A DNA stretch of 64,000 nucleotides. Source: Oculina patagonica (taxonomy: Eukaryota). The notes under the pieces are model-generated. The model did no database searches and was not told the DNA's origin. It worked only from the letters and a program-made list of their open reading frames with translations. The stretch lies in contig NC_135763.1 in the NCBI RefSeq assembly GCF_052425735.1, positions 17,374,298 to 17,438,297 of the forward strand. The letters are read 5' to 3'. The position numbers were made by a program, and so were the translations under genes. Shown here one piece after another: positions 11,557-25,639 of the stretch (its first letter is position 1; the number at the start of each line of letters is the position of its first letter).

Positions 11557-11939
11557 TTTAAATTCTCTATGTGTTTCAAGAACACAGTCTATAGAACACT
11601 TATTGTTACTATTCAGTGCTACGCACAAAAACTTGTCTTAGTTAAAACACAGAACTCAGTCAAATTTCATTCCAAAGCTACCATCCTGTTTTCTATATTT
11701 TTGACAGGCAACTGAAAAACATTACATATACAGCCCAGCTTCAAAACAAATGTCCTAGATGTCCACCTTCGCACTTGGCTGCTTTAGCCAATCATAACCC
11801 TGATATTGTGTTTTCGAATTCCCGCGACCTTTACTACAACAACCAGAAGTCTTTGCGCATTTACGGCATAATGCAAATGGGATGCACGTGGATATATATA
11901 TGGACCAGGTGACGCCACCAATGTCATCGAATTTCCAAG

Positions 11940-12180
11940 TGAAGCTTTATCAACAACAATTATTTTATTTTGACAAAAAAAAAAAAAAATATTTAAAAAA
12001 AAAAAAAAATTAAATTAATAAAAAAAAAAAAAAAATTTGGGGGGGGCCTTTTTTTAAAAAAACGGGGGGTCCCCCGGGGGGTCTCCCTCTTTTCCCACAA
12101 CTGTAAAAACATATTTTCCCCTCCCCGCACCGGGGGGTTTTTTTTTTTTTTTTTTTTTTTTTTTGTTTAACTTCACCTCC
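11940..12180. repeat. Homopolymer-dominated low-complexity block (A, T, G and C runs of 10-25). Similar blocks lie at 7320-7530, 11317-11332 and 9440-9460. This is probable sequencing or assembly noise, or degraded simple repeats.
   Basis: Read directly. Runs such as aaaaaaaaaaaaaatttggggggggcctttttttaaaaaaacggggggtcccccgggggg have no biological periodicity. Confidence 0.5.
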
Positions 12181-12474
12181 GCATACATGAGGTTTTTTAG
12201 TCCGCCATTACAGTTCGTTTCGTTCAAGAATTTCCGATGAGCTGAAACGTCGGTTTGAAATAGCGTCAAGGTTCCTCTACTCGTTATTATTTGTTCTGCA
12301 AGGATATCTGGCGTTAATTATGAAGAAAAAGGTAAGTTTGTCGCGGAATTTTTAGTTTTGCTTGTAAACATTCCTTCGTGTGGGCTCACATAAACATTGC
12401 AGCCGAGATTGCGCAGTACGGACTGGAATTCATTTTTAAGCCTGCTAGAAAATATTGCCATCTTCTTAACTTAC

Positions 12475-12673
12475 TGGTTTCGAGGTCTGACGTTGAAGTT
12501 TGAGTGGTAGACGTTTTGCTGTCGGAGCGAGCATTTTCTTGCAATGATGACACTTGTGGAACAGATTTGCAAGGGTCGTATTCTGTTCTACGACTGATAA
12601 TGCAAACAACCACGACAGAGCTAACCAAAACAGCTGTAAGCAACCGACGAGGTCTAGCTTTGCATCTTTTCAG
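12475..12673 (-). pseudogene. Sulfotransferase-like paralog B, signal-anchor exon. The ATG is out of frame because of a 1-nt shift relative to gene A.
   Basis: It aligns to 4427-4623. The ATG context aag atg caa agc tag leads into a stop. The hydrophobic frame has no ATG (the track's start is TTG). Confidence 0.5.
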
Positions 12674-12859
12674 CTGGAAATGAAAAAAAAAAACGATAAT
12701 TAAAAGCGGCCAGTTATCAAAGTCTCGAAAGTTTTGTCAGTATAATACTATAAAAACCGTTATTTAGCGGCGACCTTCATTAAGCGGCCACCATTCGACC
12801 GTGCCGATGAGGATTTATCTATTGTTTGTACCTCTATTAAGCGGCCACCAAGAATTTAA

Positions 12860-13139
12860 AGGTCGGGTCGGGACACACTAGGCGACATGTTGCAGCGACA
12901 TGTCGCCTCGTGTGACATGCGACAAACTGTGTCGCTGCGACAGAATTTTGTCGCCGCGACAAAATATGAATTAACCAATGAGAGCGTGTCATGTATTTTC
13001 GCCATATTGAATATGGAAAACTAGTTCGCATTCCCACTCTTCCAAATTCGCTGTTTGTGCACCAAACAAACACCTTGTCGCAGCGACTTGTTTGTAAGCA
13101 GTACACACGGAGCGACTTGTCGCATAGTGTGTCCCGACC
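12860..13139. mobile_element. MITE of about 280 bp with 27-bp TIRs (GGTCGGGTCGGGACACACTAGGCGACATG...) flanked by TTAA.
   Basis: The TIRs are read at both ends. TTAA lies at 12856-12859 and 13140-13143. Internal short palindromes are present and there is no ORF. Confidence 0.5.
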
Positions 13140-16129
13140 TTAAAAGACATTAGTTTGGCCTTGTTTTAAACAACCTTATGACTGAAAGCGACGATTGATG
13201 AAACGTTTAAACTCACGCTTAACGTGATTCTGTTTTCACTAAGCTAAGTGATGATATTTCGATTTCTAGGCAATAAAGAGACGTTTCTATCACGACTTCC
13301 TAATTTTCTGACGAACCCACTTATTATAGCGGCCAGCCTCTGTTAAGCCACTTCATCATTTCCGAGGCAGCTTCATAGGGGTTCGACTAGAATAAGTTAT
13401 TTTTCGACGCCGTGAAGTTTTGCTGATTTTGTTTATCACAATTCAGAAAAAAATTGTTCGGAAAAAAACTGAACTGTCAACACTATAAAAGGGTTTCAGT
13501 AGTATGCCGGTTTCTTGAATATGTAATTAGGAAAGCCACGTAAATTTTCCATAAATTTAGTCTTGGCAGAAGTGGTAGTGGCTAAGCCTGCTTGAAGATG
13601 AAACCGAAGTTGAATCGTTGAGAATTATTTGTTCGGGGATCATCGAGAATATTTGTTTTGGAACGTTCTTCGGAAAAGCTGTCGAAAAACTCGAGCGTTT
13701 CCTTGATCTTCTCTTGCTATTTCGGGCGCTGTTCAAACTATTCGACGCTGTAATTACATAGCATACGGTAAACACAGAAAAATATAATGCTGAACAGGAT
13801 TACGCATTTAGTAATATTGGTAGAAGTAGCCGTAGATAACTTGCGTTGTGTTGTTTAGAATTATTGTTTAACTTTGTCTTGAAAGTCCTCGCATACCCAT
13901 CTGACGGTTTCGAAGAATCAAATGCTCCAGGCGTTGTCAATCGGCGATAGGAATCAATATCAGGAATCAGGAATTTCCTAAAGTTTGGAGTCCCGAATCC
14001 ACGGACATGGATTACGGAATACAATAGTTGAAATCCGAATCCACCGTGCGCAATGCGTAATCCAAGATTGTGAACGGTGGTTTGATATATGTCAGGAGCC
14101 CATCAACTCCTGTGTACGTTTACTGGAAAATTTTCTTCTCTTATTGTAACATTTTTATATTGTACATACTTTTATTGCCCTAGGACCCAATGAATACCAG
14201 CTTCGTTGCTGAATGAGCTACCCTGGAAAATATACTTTCTTGACTACTTTTCTTTCTGCCCAATCTTTGATAAACAATTCAACTTGTGGTCATTTTCTGG
14301 GCATTAACGGTAAGAAAAAAAAAACAGTATAAATTATTAAAACCCTCGGTGTAACTCAGTAAAAAGCTCGGCGAAGTCCATTTTTTAATTGTGATCAGTA
14401 TGTCTAGACACAACTTTGCCATACTCTAATAAAATCTTTGTGGATTGTTCAGGGCAACCTTAGATGTTCGATAGATTTTGCAAAAAAAAATATATATATA
14501 TTGCAGAAAGGTTATTGGAGGATTATAACAACAGTTTGTCTAATATATTCCTCGGTTTTCGTTTGTTATAAAACTAATAAAGGACGCTTTCATGATTCAA
14601 TTAATTAAATTGTTTCTTATTAAGTTGTAATGTTTCTTTATTTATCAAGGTAAAAAACCTTCAGCGGCATGCGCACATGACTATGAAAATGACGTGTTTG
14701 CCGATCTAATTGTTGTTTTAATCTGTATCGGCTGGTTAGTTGACATTGGGGCAATTAATTTCGCTAAAAAAGTTCGGCATATTTCGCGGGTCTTTATTCT
14801 CCCGATTTGGGTACAAAATTATTTTCTTAGGGAATTAATTTTCGCTAAAATGAAAAAAAAGACATTTAGTTTCGAGGATTTCATTATTATTTTACACTTC
14901 TTATTGCTGAAAATCATCAACTCATAACAAAACCAAACCATACAAACAGCATCATGTACCAAGGGATAGTCAAAGACATTTCCCTTATGCTTAACGTTCT
15001 TTGCAATTGTAATATAAAGATTTAGGCAAACCTAAAAGCGGAGCTTCCCTTTAATTTATTTAATTTTTGCTGGAGTTGTTCGAGCTTTTTGCTTTGTCGT
15101 CGTTTAGCACTACGAAAAACGTCACTTATACTGTATGAATTTCTTCCGCCGAGAAAATGTAAGGCTGAAAGTCGGAATAAACTCACAGCAATAAGAAATA
15201 AACTCTCACGGCAAGGGATTAGAATTCGACTTAATTGACGGCCAAAGAAAATCAACTTACGGCAATAGATAATCGGTAAATCCATAGAGAATGAAACCAA
15301 CTCAGGGGAACAAAAACAATGAACTGACAAGTAAGCGTCAGCTTAAATGTACTACAAACCACAGTTTAAGCGACTTTAATAAAGGGGCAAAGTATATTGC
15401 TTAAGTTAAGGAAAGATCTAAACTTTGCCGACACAGAAGCTATCGAAACTGCGCTTAGAAAGCAAGCTTGAGTTTATAAACGTCATGAAATTTTCTGTCA
15501 TAAAATCAGGCTCAGCAATTCAGTACAAGTTGTTACCTTTCATCAGGTCCCTGTATCTTTCTTCAGCGGACTTGATCCATGCAGTGTTTAGCTTCGTTTT
15601 TACACAATCATTGCTTAAGTTGTTGTATTCTTGATGTTCATGGCCGAAGATTCATCCGCAACTGAACAACAGAAACTAGCAAACTGGACGTGCACAAGGA
15701 ATATCATTCACAATTATTCCGGATCTCATCGTACACTTCTTTCGTTATCTACAATTTCACGGAATATAGGTGACTTTTGAGGACATCGTGCGAGAAATAT
15801 TACGGTAAGAAAGTTTTCTGTCGCTCTTTTTTATACTCTCGGTTTCTTTCAGCCTACACAGTGAACACCGCGCAACACATTTTCCCGCGTTTTCATAACA
15901 TTACTTCGTTTAGATCAAACTGAAACGTCCACATCATCCAGTCGATAGAAGATAACGTCAATTGCTCGTTTTAGGGTTACTAAAAATGCGACCAGAGACC
16001 AATAAATTGAATTTAACCGTGTAGCGATCGAACGAGAGCCATCGAGCAATATTGTTTTTTTTTTTGGCGTAAAGGCTTCGATACACTCACACGAAAAAAG
16101 ACTAACAAAATAGAGCAGTTGGATAATAA

Positions 16130-17260
16130 ACCTTTCAGATATTTTGCTGTGAAGTATAGGCTCGATTTCCGCCGCCTCCTCGAGTCCGGTCTTTGTTCCT
16201 CCCCGAGAGAGACGGCTGGACGCGTGAGCGGCCTACCATGTCTGTGACGTAATTAAAAAATAGTAATTTATGCGTTCTCATATGTCATCGGAGGTGAATT
16301 CGTATATTTGCCGTTTATATTACATTCGGTCTTTCGACCTTTTTTTGCTTCCCAGTTGTTTCTGAAGGGTACTATATGCTGTATTATTTGGAGGTATCAT
16401 GTATGTATTGATTTAAATAGAGCCGAAAGACTGGCCTAGCAAATTTCTAAAGGTCATAGGTCTGCGCTGCACGTATTTCCGTTTGAAGAGTTTAACACTT
16501 TTGGTTCTGTTTCGCTAGCGCGGTTTGTTTTGGCTCATTTCTATTTGCAAGATATGCTTAAAGCTTTTAAAGTGTTCGAACTGGAAAGAAAAGATCTGAC
16601 ATATTTCATACAAATGTTGATTTAATACGTGCATTTAATTGATTCCGGGCCCTGAGCATTGTTTAATCAATACTGTTGCAAGATGTACATGTATTTTGTC
16701 TTATCACGGATTTATCTCTGTCTGATCTTGCCAGAGACTGTTCTATCTTACTTCTAGAAAGACTAGAAAGTTGAAAGTTGGTTTCAGAGAGACATTCTGT
16801 GTTGTAAAGGATATGGTTCTTGCTTTAATCGAGCGCTTTGTCTTTTGAGCTCAATGTTTGGGTGACCTCCTTTGTTCGTTCCGTTACGTTGGCACCGCGT
16901 ACAAGATTCGAATGTAGATTTGTAGATCAGCGACTTTCCTGACCCTGTTGGCTGACTACGAAGACATCCTGGCCGCTAACCTGCTTTTCTATCGCTTTTT
17001 GCTATAATAAACGTCTCTAAAATCCGTTCACGTGCCACACGCAACATTCGTCATTTTGAACATCTTTGTCTGACAAGATTATTTATGCGGCCTGTTCGGC
17101 CTGACAAAAATCTGCAGGCGGAATTCTGATTGGCTAAGGCAAACAAAGGGGACCTCACGCGTCCAGCCGTGCTCTCGGGGGGGAGGAGCGCGGGCTCATT
17201 TTCCCGAAAAACGGCTGGAAATCGAGCCTATGTGAAGTATCGCTGTGTAATTTTACCCCT
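16130..17260. mobile_element. Non-autonomous DNA element of about 1.1 kb with long imperfect TIRs (CTGTGAAGTATAGGCTCGATTTCC...GACGGCTGGACGCGTGAG).
   Basis: 16141-16250 is the reverse complement of 17140-17250 at about 75% identity. No long ORF lies inside. Confidence 0.4.
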
Positions 17261-19204
17261 TGTGTACATTGTCTCTTGCCTTGCGAGCTTTATTTGCTGT
17301 TTGTAATTTCCTTACTTTTCTTAAGCCACGGGCGGGCAACCTCGTCCCTAGGCCTAATCCGTGCGTACGGGCGTACGTACGTACGTAGGCGACTCCCAAA
17401 ATTTCTCGGTTCGATATGATACCATTTGCCTGCCTATGGATGCTCCGCTCGCGCGCCTTCGGCGCGTGGGAGCTCCGCTATAATACAAACAGATGAAGAG
17501 GTTTAAAGCAACACAGATATAGCAAATGTATGCATGCCATTGAGCTGTTACACATTATACACAATACGTAGACATGTGCTTCTTCATTAAATTGAAGAAA
17601 CGAGAAATATTAGGAGGGTATTAAATTTCGCGAATTTTTTTTTCGCGCCGCTTTAAGTTCGAAATTAAAGCGGCGCGAAAATAAGTACCAATAAGGTAGC
17701 TCCTGGACAACAGGGTATCGAACATTCGACTAATACGCAATAAGCACTTTCTTTTTTGTGCAGTCCTGACCAACATACGTATCACATGTAGGTGAAATGT
17801 TAGTTTTAAAATGCCTTCTGAGCAGCGAAAAATGTCAATTGTTACACTAGCCCATCTTATTAACACTGTTGGGCGACAAGCATCTTAACGTCTATGCAAT
17901 TTAAGGTGCCAGTCAAACGAGCGGCTTTAATATAAATAAACTGAGACGTTTTCGTGTGAGAATCGAAGCGCCCAGTAAGCTAAGAGTTGGTTTATTTCCA
18001 ACCGTGAGTTTACTACGCGTGCAATAAACACTTCCGTTCACTGTTATTGCTTTCTGCTTCCGACGTAACGAATTCATTACAATAATTTCTTACACTGAGT
18101 TTGTCGCCAAAACTAAATTGAAATTTCCTGCAGGTTCACATTTCTGAACGAATTATGCATCAATTTTTAATGTTTCGATGCAACTGGATATTCTTAAATT
18201 AGTCAAAAGAAAGCGAAACTTAGTGTATTGTCCGTTACTGAAACCACTGATAATTATATTTATTCTTCTTCCCTTGTTTAATTTAAAAGATATTATTATC
18301 GTTATGCAAACAAACCTGGAAGTTTGCAACTTTAATTCAAAATAAAATAAACAAAATTAGTAATTGCTAAGCGTAATTCGGTAACTTTCCAAAACACAGA
18401 CCAATCTTCGCCCTTCCAAATTAAATGAATTAGGCTTTTGAAAAGTAGCCAAAACTAAACTTTAAACATGACATGTATATAACATAAAAATATTGCAAAG
18501 GCAATAAGCTTCTCTTTTCTTTGAAAAAAAATCGCAAAAGCGTTATCTCTTGCTAATAGCGAAAATTTTTTGACATCGAGAGCAAAATATAAGGACTTGT
18601 TTTACCGACTATCGGTTTATATTGAGTATTTATTTAAACCCACCAGGTGTTACACAGCCGAATCAATAGAGTGTAATTAACAATGTTTCACGCAAAAAAG
18701 CTCAATACAGCAAACGTGACAAGCTATTCGCTGATGCTGACTGGACCATAAATTATTTCGCCTTTAACGATCAGCAGCTGCAATTCGTTGTGCTTTAATC
18801 ACCCTGGGAGCTTTAGCAATCCGGATACGAAGGAATATTTAGTCATTTCACTGCCAGGTAAACGAGTGTTTTGTCAGGTAGAAACGTTCGGTCTACAACC
18901 CCAAACACAGCATTTGCGTTGGCAATTTGCTTTTAAGATAGCGATTGCAATTGTTGCCTCTAAAGCAAGTACTTGTTTACGAAACGACAAAGTCATTCTG
19001 AACACAGAGTTGTGGCATTTTCGAACTTTTGGCAAATGAAGAACTGAATTTTTGGTTTGTCTTCTTGAGGTGTGTTTTGCCAACGGAACATATAAACTTG
19101 GCAAAATGTTAATAAGGCCAACCCAAACCTTACCTTGTACAAATAGTGTTGTTACACTACTCATCTCTTTTATTAATGTAGCAGAAAACCGAGAGCTAGT
19201 CAAC

Positions 19205-19410
19205 ATGGCACAATATCTGCTGTTTTGGCTGTTGTTATCGTTATCTAGCGTGGATTCCAGCGTCGACACAAACTTCCACAGTTACGCATCGTGCACAAGC
19301 AATTGCCACTGTTCACGGAACGAAAAAGGAAAGGTTTTGGTGAAATGCAAGTTCGTCGGAGGAAATGAGACTGAAAAGGCGCTTCACCTACCGCCTGATG
19401 TGTACAGTTT
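19205..19410 (+). CDS. LGR-like GPCR, coding exon 1. It encodes a signal peptide (MAQYLLFWLLLSLSSVDSS) and a cysteine-rich LRR N-terminal cap (CTSNCHCS...KVLVKC) and ends at a phase-2 GTAAGT donor.
   Basis: The ATG at 19205 is followed by a hydrophobic signal-like peptide. The LRRNT cysteine pattern is present. A perfect donor tt|gtaagt sits at 19411. The frame continues into the downstream LRR exons. Confidence 0.7.
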
Positions 19411-20786
19411 GTAAGTACAGTAGAATTTATCGAACCCCTCGTTCCTTGATACTCAGGCCTTATTTCTCGATATCAATTTTCGTTTCCCTTGAATAGTACT
19501 TCTTTTTAATTTTACCCCCGAATTCTCGGGCTTTCCAATTTCTTGAAGCAATTTTCGTTTCTCCTGGTGGTTCGAGAAATCGTGATTCTACGGTAGATCT
19601 CAGTTATGCAATAAGTCAAAAGTATCATTAATACAATTTAGCAAAAACTGGGGCGTATACAGTAGTGGCTGTCTTCTTCTAGAGGATGCACAGTTTGGAA
19701 AAAGGGATTTTTCTTAAACGTTAGTTAGCACGCAAAAGCGCACAGCGATGCTCAATAGTAAGAGTACATTATATATGTATGGTTATGATGAACACCTGTG
19801 AAGGGGTATTATTTGATCGTGTGAACCGACCAGAATTTTGGAATTAGGCGATGCTTTAGAAGAGAACTGTATTGTCCTAAATGAACCATAACCGAAGAAT
19901 CATATAGCCAATGAAAGCCAATGGCAATTCAGGGCATAGCCGAGGAGTGATAACAAGGGAAAGTTTTAAGGCCAAGGACAAGTTTTTCCTTGTGAAAAGA
20001 CCAAAATCCTGCAATCCATCTAATCGATCGATCTAAAATTTCCACAAAAAACTGACGTGCTTTTTAACGGTTGGTGTGATATCTTAAGATTTTTACCGAC
20101 CTAATTATATGTAGATGTAGATGTAGAACAACAAAGGGAAAGAAACGATTGGCGAAGAAAGGTCCATAGGAGTTATTCCGAATTATATGATATTTATTGC
20201 ATGATTGCGACCGAGATACAAACAGGAAAAATGAGATAAAATTATATTTTGCGAGTATGCGATTAACTCTGTACCTTATGAAGCTAAAATTAGATGCATT
20301 AATGCTTGCCTTAGTGAAGCACCTTAGTAGCACCTCAGAAGATCGAGCAGCACAATAACAAGAAGAAAAAAAAAAGGACTGTGATACGATATCTTTAATG
20401 AAATAGTCTTAAAGAAAAACATATTTTTAAAAATGATCAAACTGACAGTTGGCTCTTTGTTTCTCGGGGAAATATGGAGATAACGTTAGAAATAATGTTA
20501 TGCTGTACCCGAACAAAGACTTCAGTACAACTACAAGTTTCCTTTTTAAATAATTTGATGGACACGATACAGTTTTTAAAAGACTACTTAGTTTGGCCTA
20601 AGACCGAAAAGCCCCAAAACAAGTTGTTCACCCTGAGCTTTTAATAATTTTACAGATTCTACACAGCCAAAACAAACAGTAACTTTTAATTTTGAAGACA
20701 CTCCACCTGCTGAACATGACACCCTACATGTATTTGTTTACTCGTACTAACTATCATGCTGCTTTCTGTTGTTATTATTTTGGCAG

Positions 20787-20858
20787 AGACTTATCCGATA
20801 ACAACTTGTCGCATGTTCCAACGTCCCTTGTCCATAAATATCGAAACATTACAAACTT
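20787..20858 (+). CDS. LGR-like GPCR exon 2, a 72-nt LRR exon (LDLSDNNLSHVPTSLVHKYRNITN).
   Basis: The acceptor is ttattattttggcag| and the donor is tt|gtaagt, both phase 2. The LxxLxLxxNxL consensus is present. Confidence 0.7.
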
Positions 20859-21177
20859 GTAAGTATAATAAAAACTACCATACGTTTTTTGACATTTTTT
20901 TTAAACTTGTAGTAATTTAAATTAGTTACTGATCCCTACGCATTTACACACTGGGCATTTAGTTTGATGTGAAAATAAGGCGAAAATAGTTTGAGGTTCA
21001 TCAAGAACATTTTCCCATAATGTGTTGTTAACTGCATGTCCATCGCTCTGGCACCATTTGGAAACAGAGTGTCAACCTAGAAAAGTCGTTCCTTTGTAAA
21101 ATTAAAGTTTTTAAGAGGAGATTTGTAGAAGAATCCGACAACGTTCGGTAATGCTATGAAAAATTGTTCGCTTATCC

Positions 21178-24100
21178 TTTGCATGAAGGTAGTCCTTATT
21201 AAAACTAAAAACGTTATGTTGTTTCTTTCTTCAAATATTTTTATTTTTCTGAGAAAAACGAAATTTTTTGATTTGACATCTAGACTCGTCTAGACTCGAT
21301 TGAGAGGGTACAAATTGGGTTGAAAATTGACCATTTTCAATCGATTCGTATGTCAAAACCATCACGCGCAGAAAAAAATAAATACAACCGGTCTATTGCA
21401 TAACTCTTCCTTGTCGAAATAAGCATAGTTTCAAGAGTTTTGGTTTAATCTAATTATTTTACGGTAAACAAAACCAGACTATTCTCACGCGAAATGAAAG
21501 TCGGTCGGTCAAAAGAATCGTCATTTTCACTATGTGCCTTATCTCAGAATTCCTTGAGATAAATATATTTCAACTGTAGAAGGATGATACTTTCAAAATA
21601 TTTAAAGTTTTGTCTGGGTAAATGATTAAGCACTTGTCAAAAAATTATTCAAAATCGTACAAAAACGACACAAAATCACGCAAGCTTTCGAATGCGTGAC
21701 CAAAAGTATTACCAACGTATTTGTTCTTTAAATCAATTTAGTCGCAACACTAGCAATACCAAGGCATAAATCATAATAAATATGTTCACCTTTGCTTGAT
21801 TATGATATCCTGTCCCATGCAATACGTTCTTTCCTGTCATTTCTTCAATGGCTTCCCGTTCAGTTCGCATGCCGCTTGTCGAATCCGTCTGCGACTGGTG
21901 AATTTGAAGCAACCACCGATACGAGTTTAACCAAATATGTATCGTCATGATTAACAAGCCCTTTTTGTGTTACTTGATTAAGCCATATTTCAGGTTATAG
22001 CCGGCAAAGCGTTTTCGATAAGCCACTTTGCAGTGCCTGTTGGCACCGTTATTATTCGAAGTGAAGTATAAATTTGCATACTTTCGAGACAAGCGTGACA
22101 GTTTTTTATACTTAGGGGGTGGGGTGAGGAAGGGTCTTAAATTTTTAGATGAATCAAATGTTTGAAAACGTTTGGGGATGAATTGTCACAAACTAATACC
22201 GTATTTTACATGGGGATGTAGAAGAATTTCACAACGTCAAACCTGAACCCACGGCAACAAGGATACCAGTTTTCTGCAATATGACATTTGATATTTCTCT
22301 TCCTACATCTCTATCTCCTTTAGAAGTCTTCCCTTTACTGTGATAAGCAATCTCGTGAGGAACTTTGCATGTACTGGAACTTTTTCGCCATCCAATTCCA
22401 AGCTCGGATCGATGAAAGGGACAGATAGTAAAAGCGCTAACATCCTGTTGCTTGTTAAAGATACCTGGTGTTAATGGCGAACAGGAACTTATTCTCCTTA
22501 GAGCATGCTCTAAGGACATGTAAGGAGAATAAGTTCCTGTTCGCCATTAACACCAGCAAAAGACCAGAGGGACTTATGATTTTCTATATCCTTGTTACAT
22601 GGGCAAAGGGACCTCGGTTATTAATTTACTTTTATCGCGTCGATCATGCGAGCAAGGACTGCCAACTATCGTTTTAAAAGAACAAGAAACTTCCATGAGA
22701 CACCAAGTGCAGCGAGAACATGTGGAGTTTCCAACAGTTCACCAGACAACTGAAGGGAAAAGCACTTTACGGGGACTGTGTTGTGCCGGTTGCTCCACAA
22801 ATGGTTCGTGAGAAAAAAGAAATCATTCAAACATCTATAATCGAGTTTAGTAAATTACATTAGTCTCGTCTCCTAAAAGTAAACAACGTGAATTCTCGCA
22901 CACACAAGTTGAGGTCAATTATTTTACTTTGTTGTTTTGGAGAATAATGAAGTACATAACTGAATTATATGGTTTTTATAGAAGGAGCAACCAGCAATTA
23001 GTAGATTATAGACTACCACCAAACCGGAAACGAGAAGCAAACGACTTTTAGAAAGTCTAACTTTAATAGATTACAACACTCTTTCCTGACAGCGGCTTTT
23101 TGTCAATACTTTTACGGTTTTTCTCTCTTTGATTTTGAGCGTAAGCAGAACTTATAAGTAAAGTAAATCACGTAGCAAATACGAGTTTGTGACAATTCAT
23201 CCCCAAACGTTTTCAAACCATTGCTTCATCTAAAAATTTAAGACCCTTCCTCACCCCACCCCCTAAGTATAAAAAACTGTCACGCTTGTCTCGAAAGTAT
23301 GCAAATTTATACTTCACTTCGAATAATAACGGTGCCAACAGGCACTGCAAAGTGGCTTATCGAAAACGCTTTGCCGGCTATAACCTGAAATATGGCTTAA
23401 TCAAGTAACACAAAAAGGGCTTGTTAATCATGACGATACATATTTGGTTAAACTCGTATCGGTGGTTGCTTCAAATTTACTAGTCGCAGACGGATTCGAC
23501 AAGCGGCATGCGAACTGAACGGGAAGCCATTGAAGAAATGACAGGAAAGAACGTATTGCATGGGACAGGATATCATAATCAAGCAAAGGTGAACATATTT
23601 ATTATGATTTATGCCTTGGTATTGCTAGTGTTGCGACTAAATTGATTTAAATAACAAATACGTTGGTAATACTTTTGGTCACGCATTCGAAAGCTTGCGT
23701 GATTTTGTGTCGTTTTTGTACGATTTTGAATAATTTTTTGACAAGTGCTTAATCATTTACCCAGACAAAACTTTAAATATTTTGAAAGTATCATCCTTCT
23801 ACAGTTGAAATATATTTATCTCAAGGAATTCTGAGATAAGGCACATAGTGAAAATGACGATTCTTTTGACCGACCGACTTTCATTTCGCGTGAGAATAGT
23901 CTGGTTTTGTTTACCGTAAAATAATTAGATTAAACCAAAACTCTTGAAACTATGCTTATTTCGACAAGGAAGAGTTATGCAATAGACCGGTTGTATTTAT
24001 TTTTTTCTGCGCGTGATGGTTTTGACATACGAATCGATTGAAAATGGTCAATTTTCAACCCAATTTGTACCCTCTCAATCGAGTCTAGACGAGTCTAGAT

Positions 24101-24200
24101 GTCAAATCAAAAAATTTCGTTTTTCTCAGAAAAATAAAAATATTTGAAGAAAGAAACAACATAACGTTTTTAGTTTTAATAAGGACTACCTTCATGCAGA
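21178..24200. repeat. Foldback structure. Inverted-repeat arms of about 1.05 kb (21178-22232 and 23162-24200, more than 95% identical) surround a central region of about 930 bp. It lies entirely within LGR intron 2.
   Basis: The arms are reverse complements along their whole length. This is seen directly, for example gcatgaaggtagtccttattaaaactaaaaacg paired with cgtttttagttttaataaggactaccttcatgc. Confidence 0.8.
22455..22555. repeat. Near-perfect palindrome of about 100 bp (tggtgttaatggcgaacaggaacttattctccttagagcatgctctaaggacatgtaaggagaataagttcctgttcgccattaacacca). It sits at the centre of the foldback.
   Basis: A self-complementary sequence with a stem of about 44 bp. Confidence 0.7.
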
Positions 24201-25639
24201 AGATGAGCGAAATCCCTGTATTTTAAGAATTGCCGCAAAAAAACAATTTTTGTTCGATTCTTCTACAAACTTGCTCTTAATTTAACCTGCAGTCCAATAT
24301 CGGGGCCAATTACCCTCGGCGCTCGTCTTAATGTTACGTTGTAGGAAACATATAACATGTTTTTTTCCTTTTAAACACAAGTCTGTCAGAAAGCAAAATT
24401 CGAGATAATAGCAGGACCTGGCAAGTCAATGAGTAGCGTCACTTTTTTTCAAGTAATTATTACTTCTGGCACACAGGGATATCTAAATTTATCAAAACCA
24501 CCGAAAACTTCGATATTCTCGAATATGATTGGTTTTCAACACTCCTAAGTTATTTAACATGAATAATTATTTACTGGCGCTGTAAACGAGACAGTGTTTT
24601 GCAAGAAGAAAAAAAACAATGTGAGAGATTCTCTTTCTAGTGCGTTTTGAAAGCAAACTACGCTGCTGTCGTCTTTTATTAACCAAAACAGTAAGCTTTT
24701 CGTTGTTATTTCCTTTCTCAATTTTTGCTGATTTTGTTACAATAATAATTTTACCAATTTAAATTGGTAGCATGACTTCATGTCGTCCAGTTCATTAAGG
24801 CCCCCGCAAACGAAGGAAAACTAATGCGGAAACGTTATTTCCAAAAAAGTATCCCAGGTTGCACCCACACACAACATTCGTTGCGAAAACAAAATTTGTT
24901 CGCGAGAAGCAAAATGTTTCCTCGTTGATATTTACATGTGGTACAGCAAATGTTTCCCCCATGGCGCCCAGCAATTAACTTCGTTTGTGGGTCCATCACA
25001 GACCGCGAGCTCGACTGAAATCAGTCCGATTACCGTACGGTAGTGAAAATTTAAACTTGTTCACAGCATTCATTTACTTTTTTGTCGTTGATTGGACTTT
25101 TTAATTGTGCAAATAATAATTGCATATCTGACGTTAGATAAATAGAAATTGAAAAAAAAAATAAAAAATGGAGAAACATGGAGAAAACTGGCATAGCGAA
25201 CAATTGATATAACTACTATAGCAAAAAATGTTTCAATCCTCAAGTTAAAGTTTTCACGCGTTGGTTGCCAGAAAAACCTACAATCGCGGCTTCACGCCGT
25301 GCCGCAATGACTTCGCTGCGTGAAATGAACCAAAGTGAACGATAAACAGATTTAAACATTGCTTTAAATGATTTTTAGAACTGTACACTAATATAATCCG
25401 TTATTATTCAGCTATCCGGCTTACTGGTACAACTGTTATCTTTCTCAGTGAAAAAAAAAAAAAATAAAAACCAAATAAAATGCCAGCTGCGAACGTCGAA
25501 ATTATTAATCAAGATAAAATTCACCTCCACTGCCAGGATTGACACATTTTTGCGATTCTGCTATATAATTACGTATGGCGTCTGTAGCAACGTTGGCTTC
25601 CAACAGCGAACCGAAAAATGTCCTATGCGGGTCCTCATG

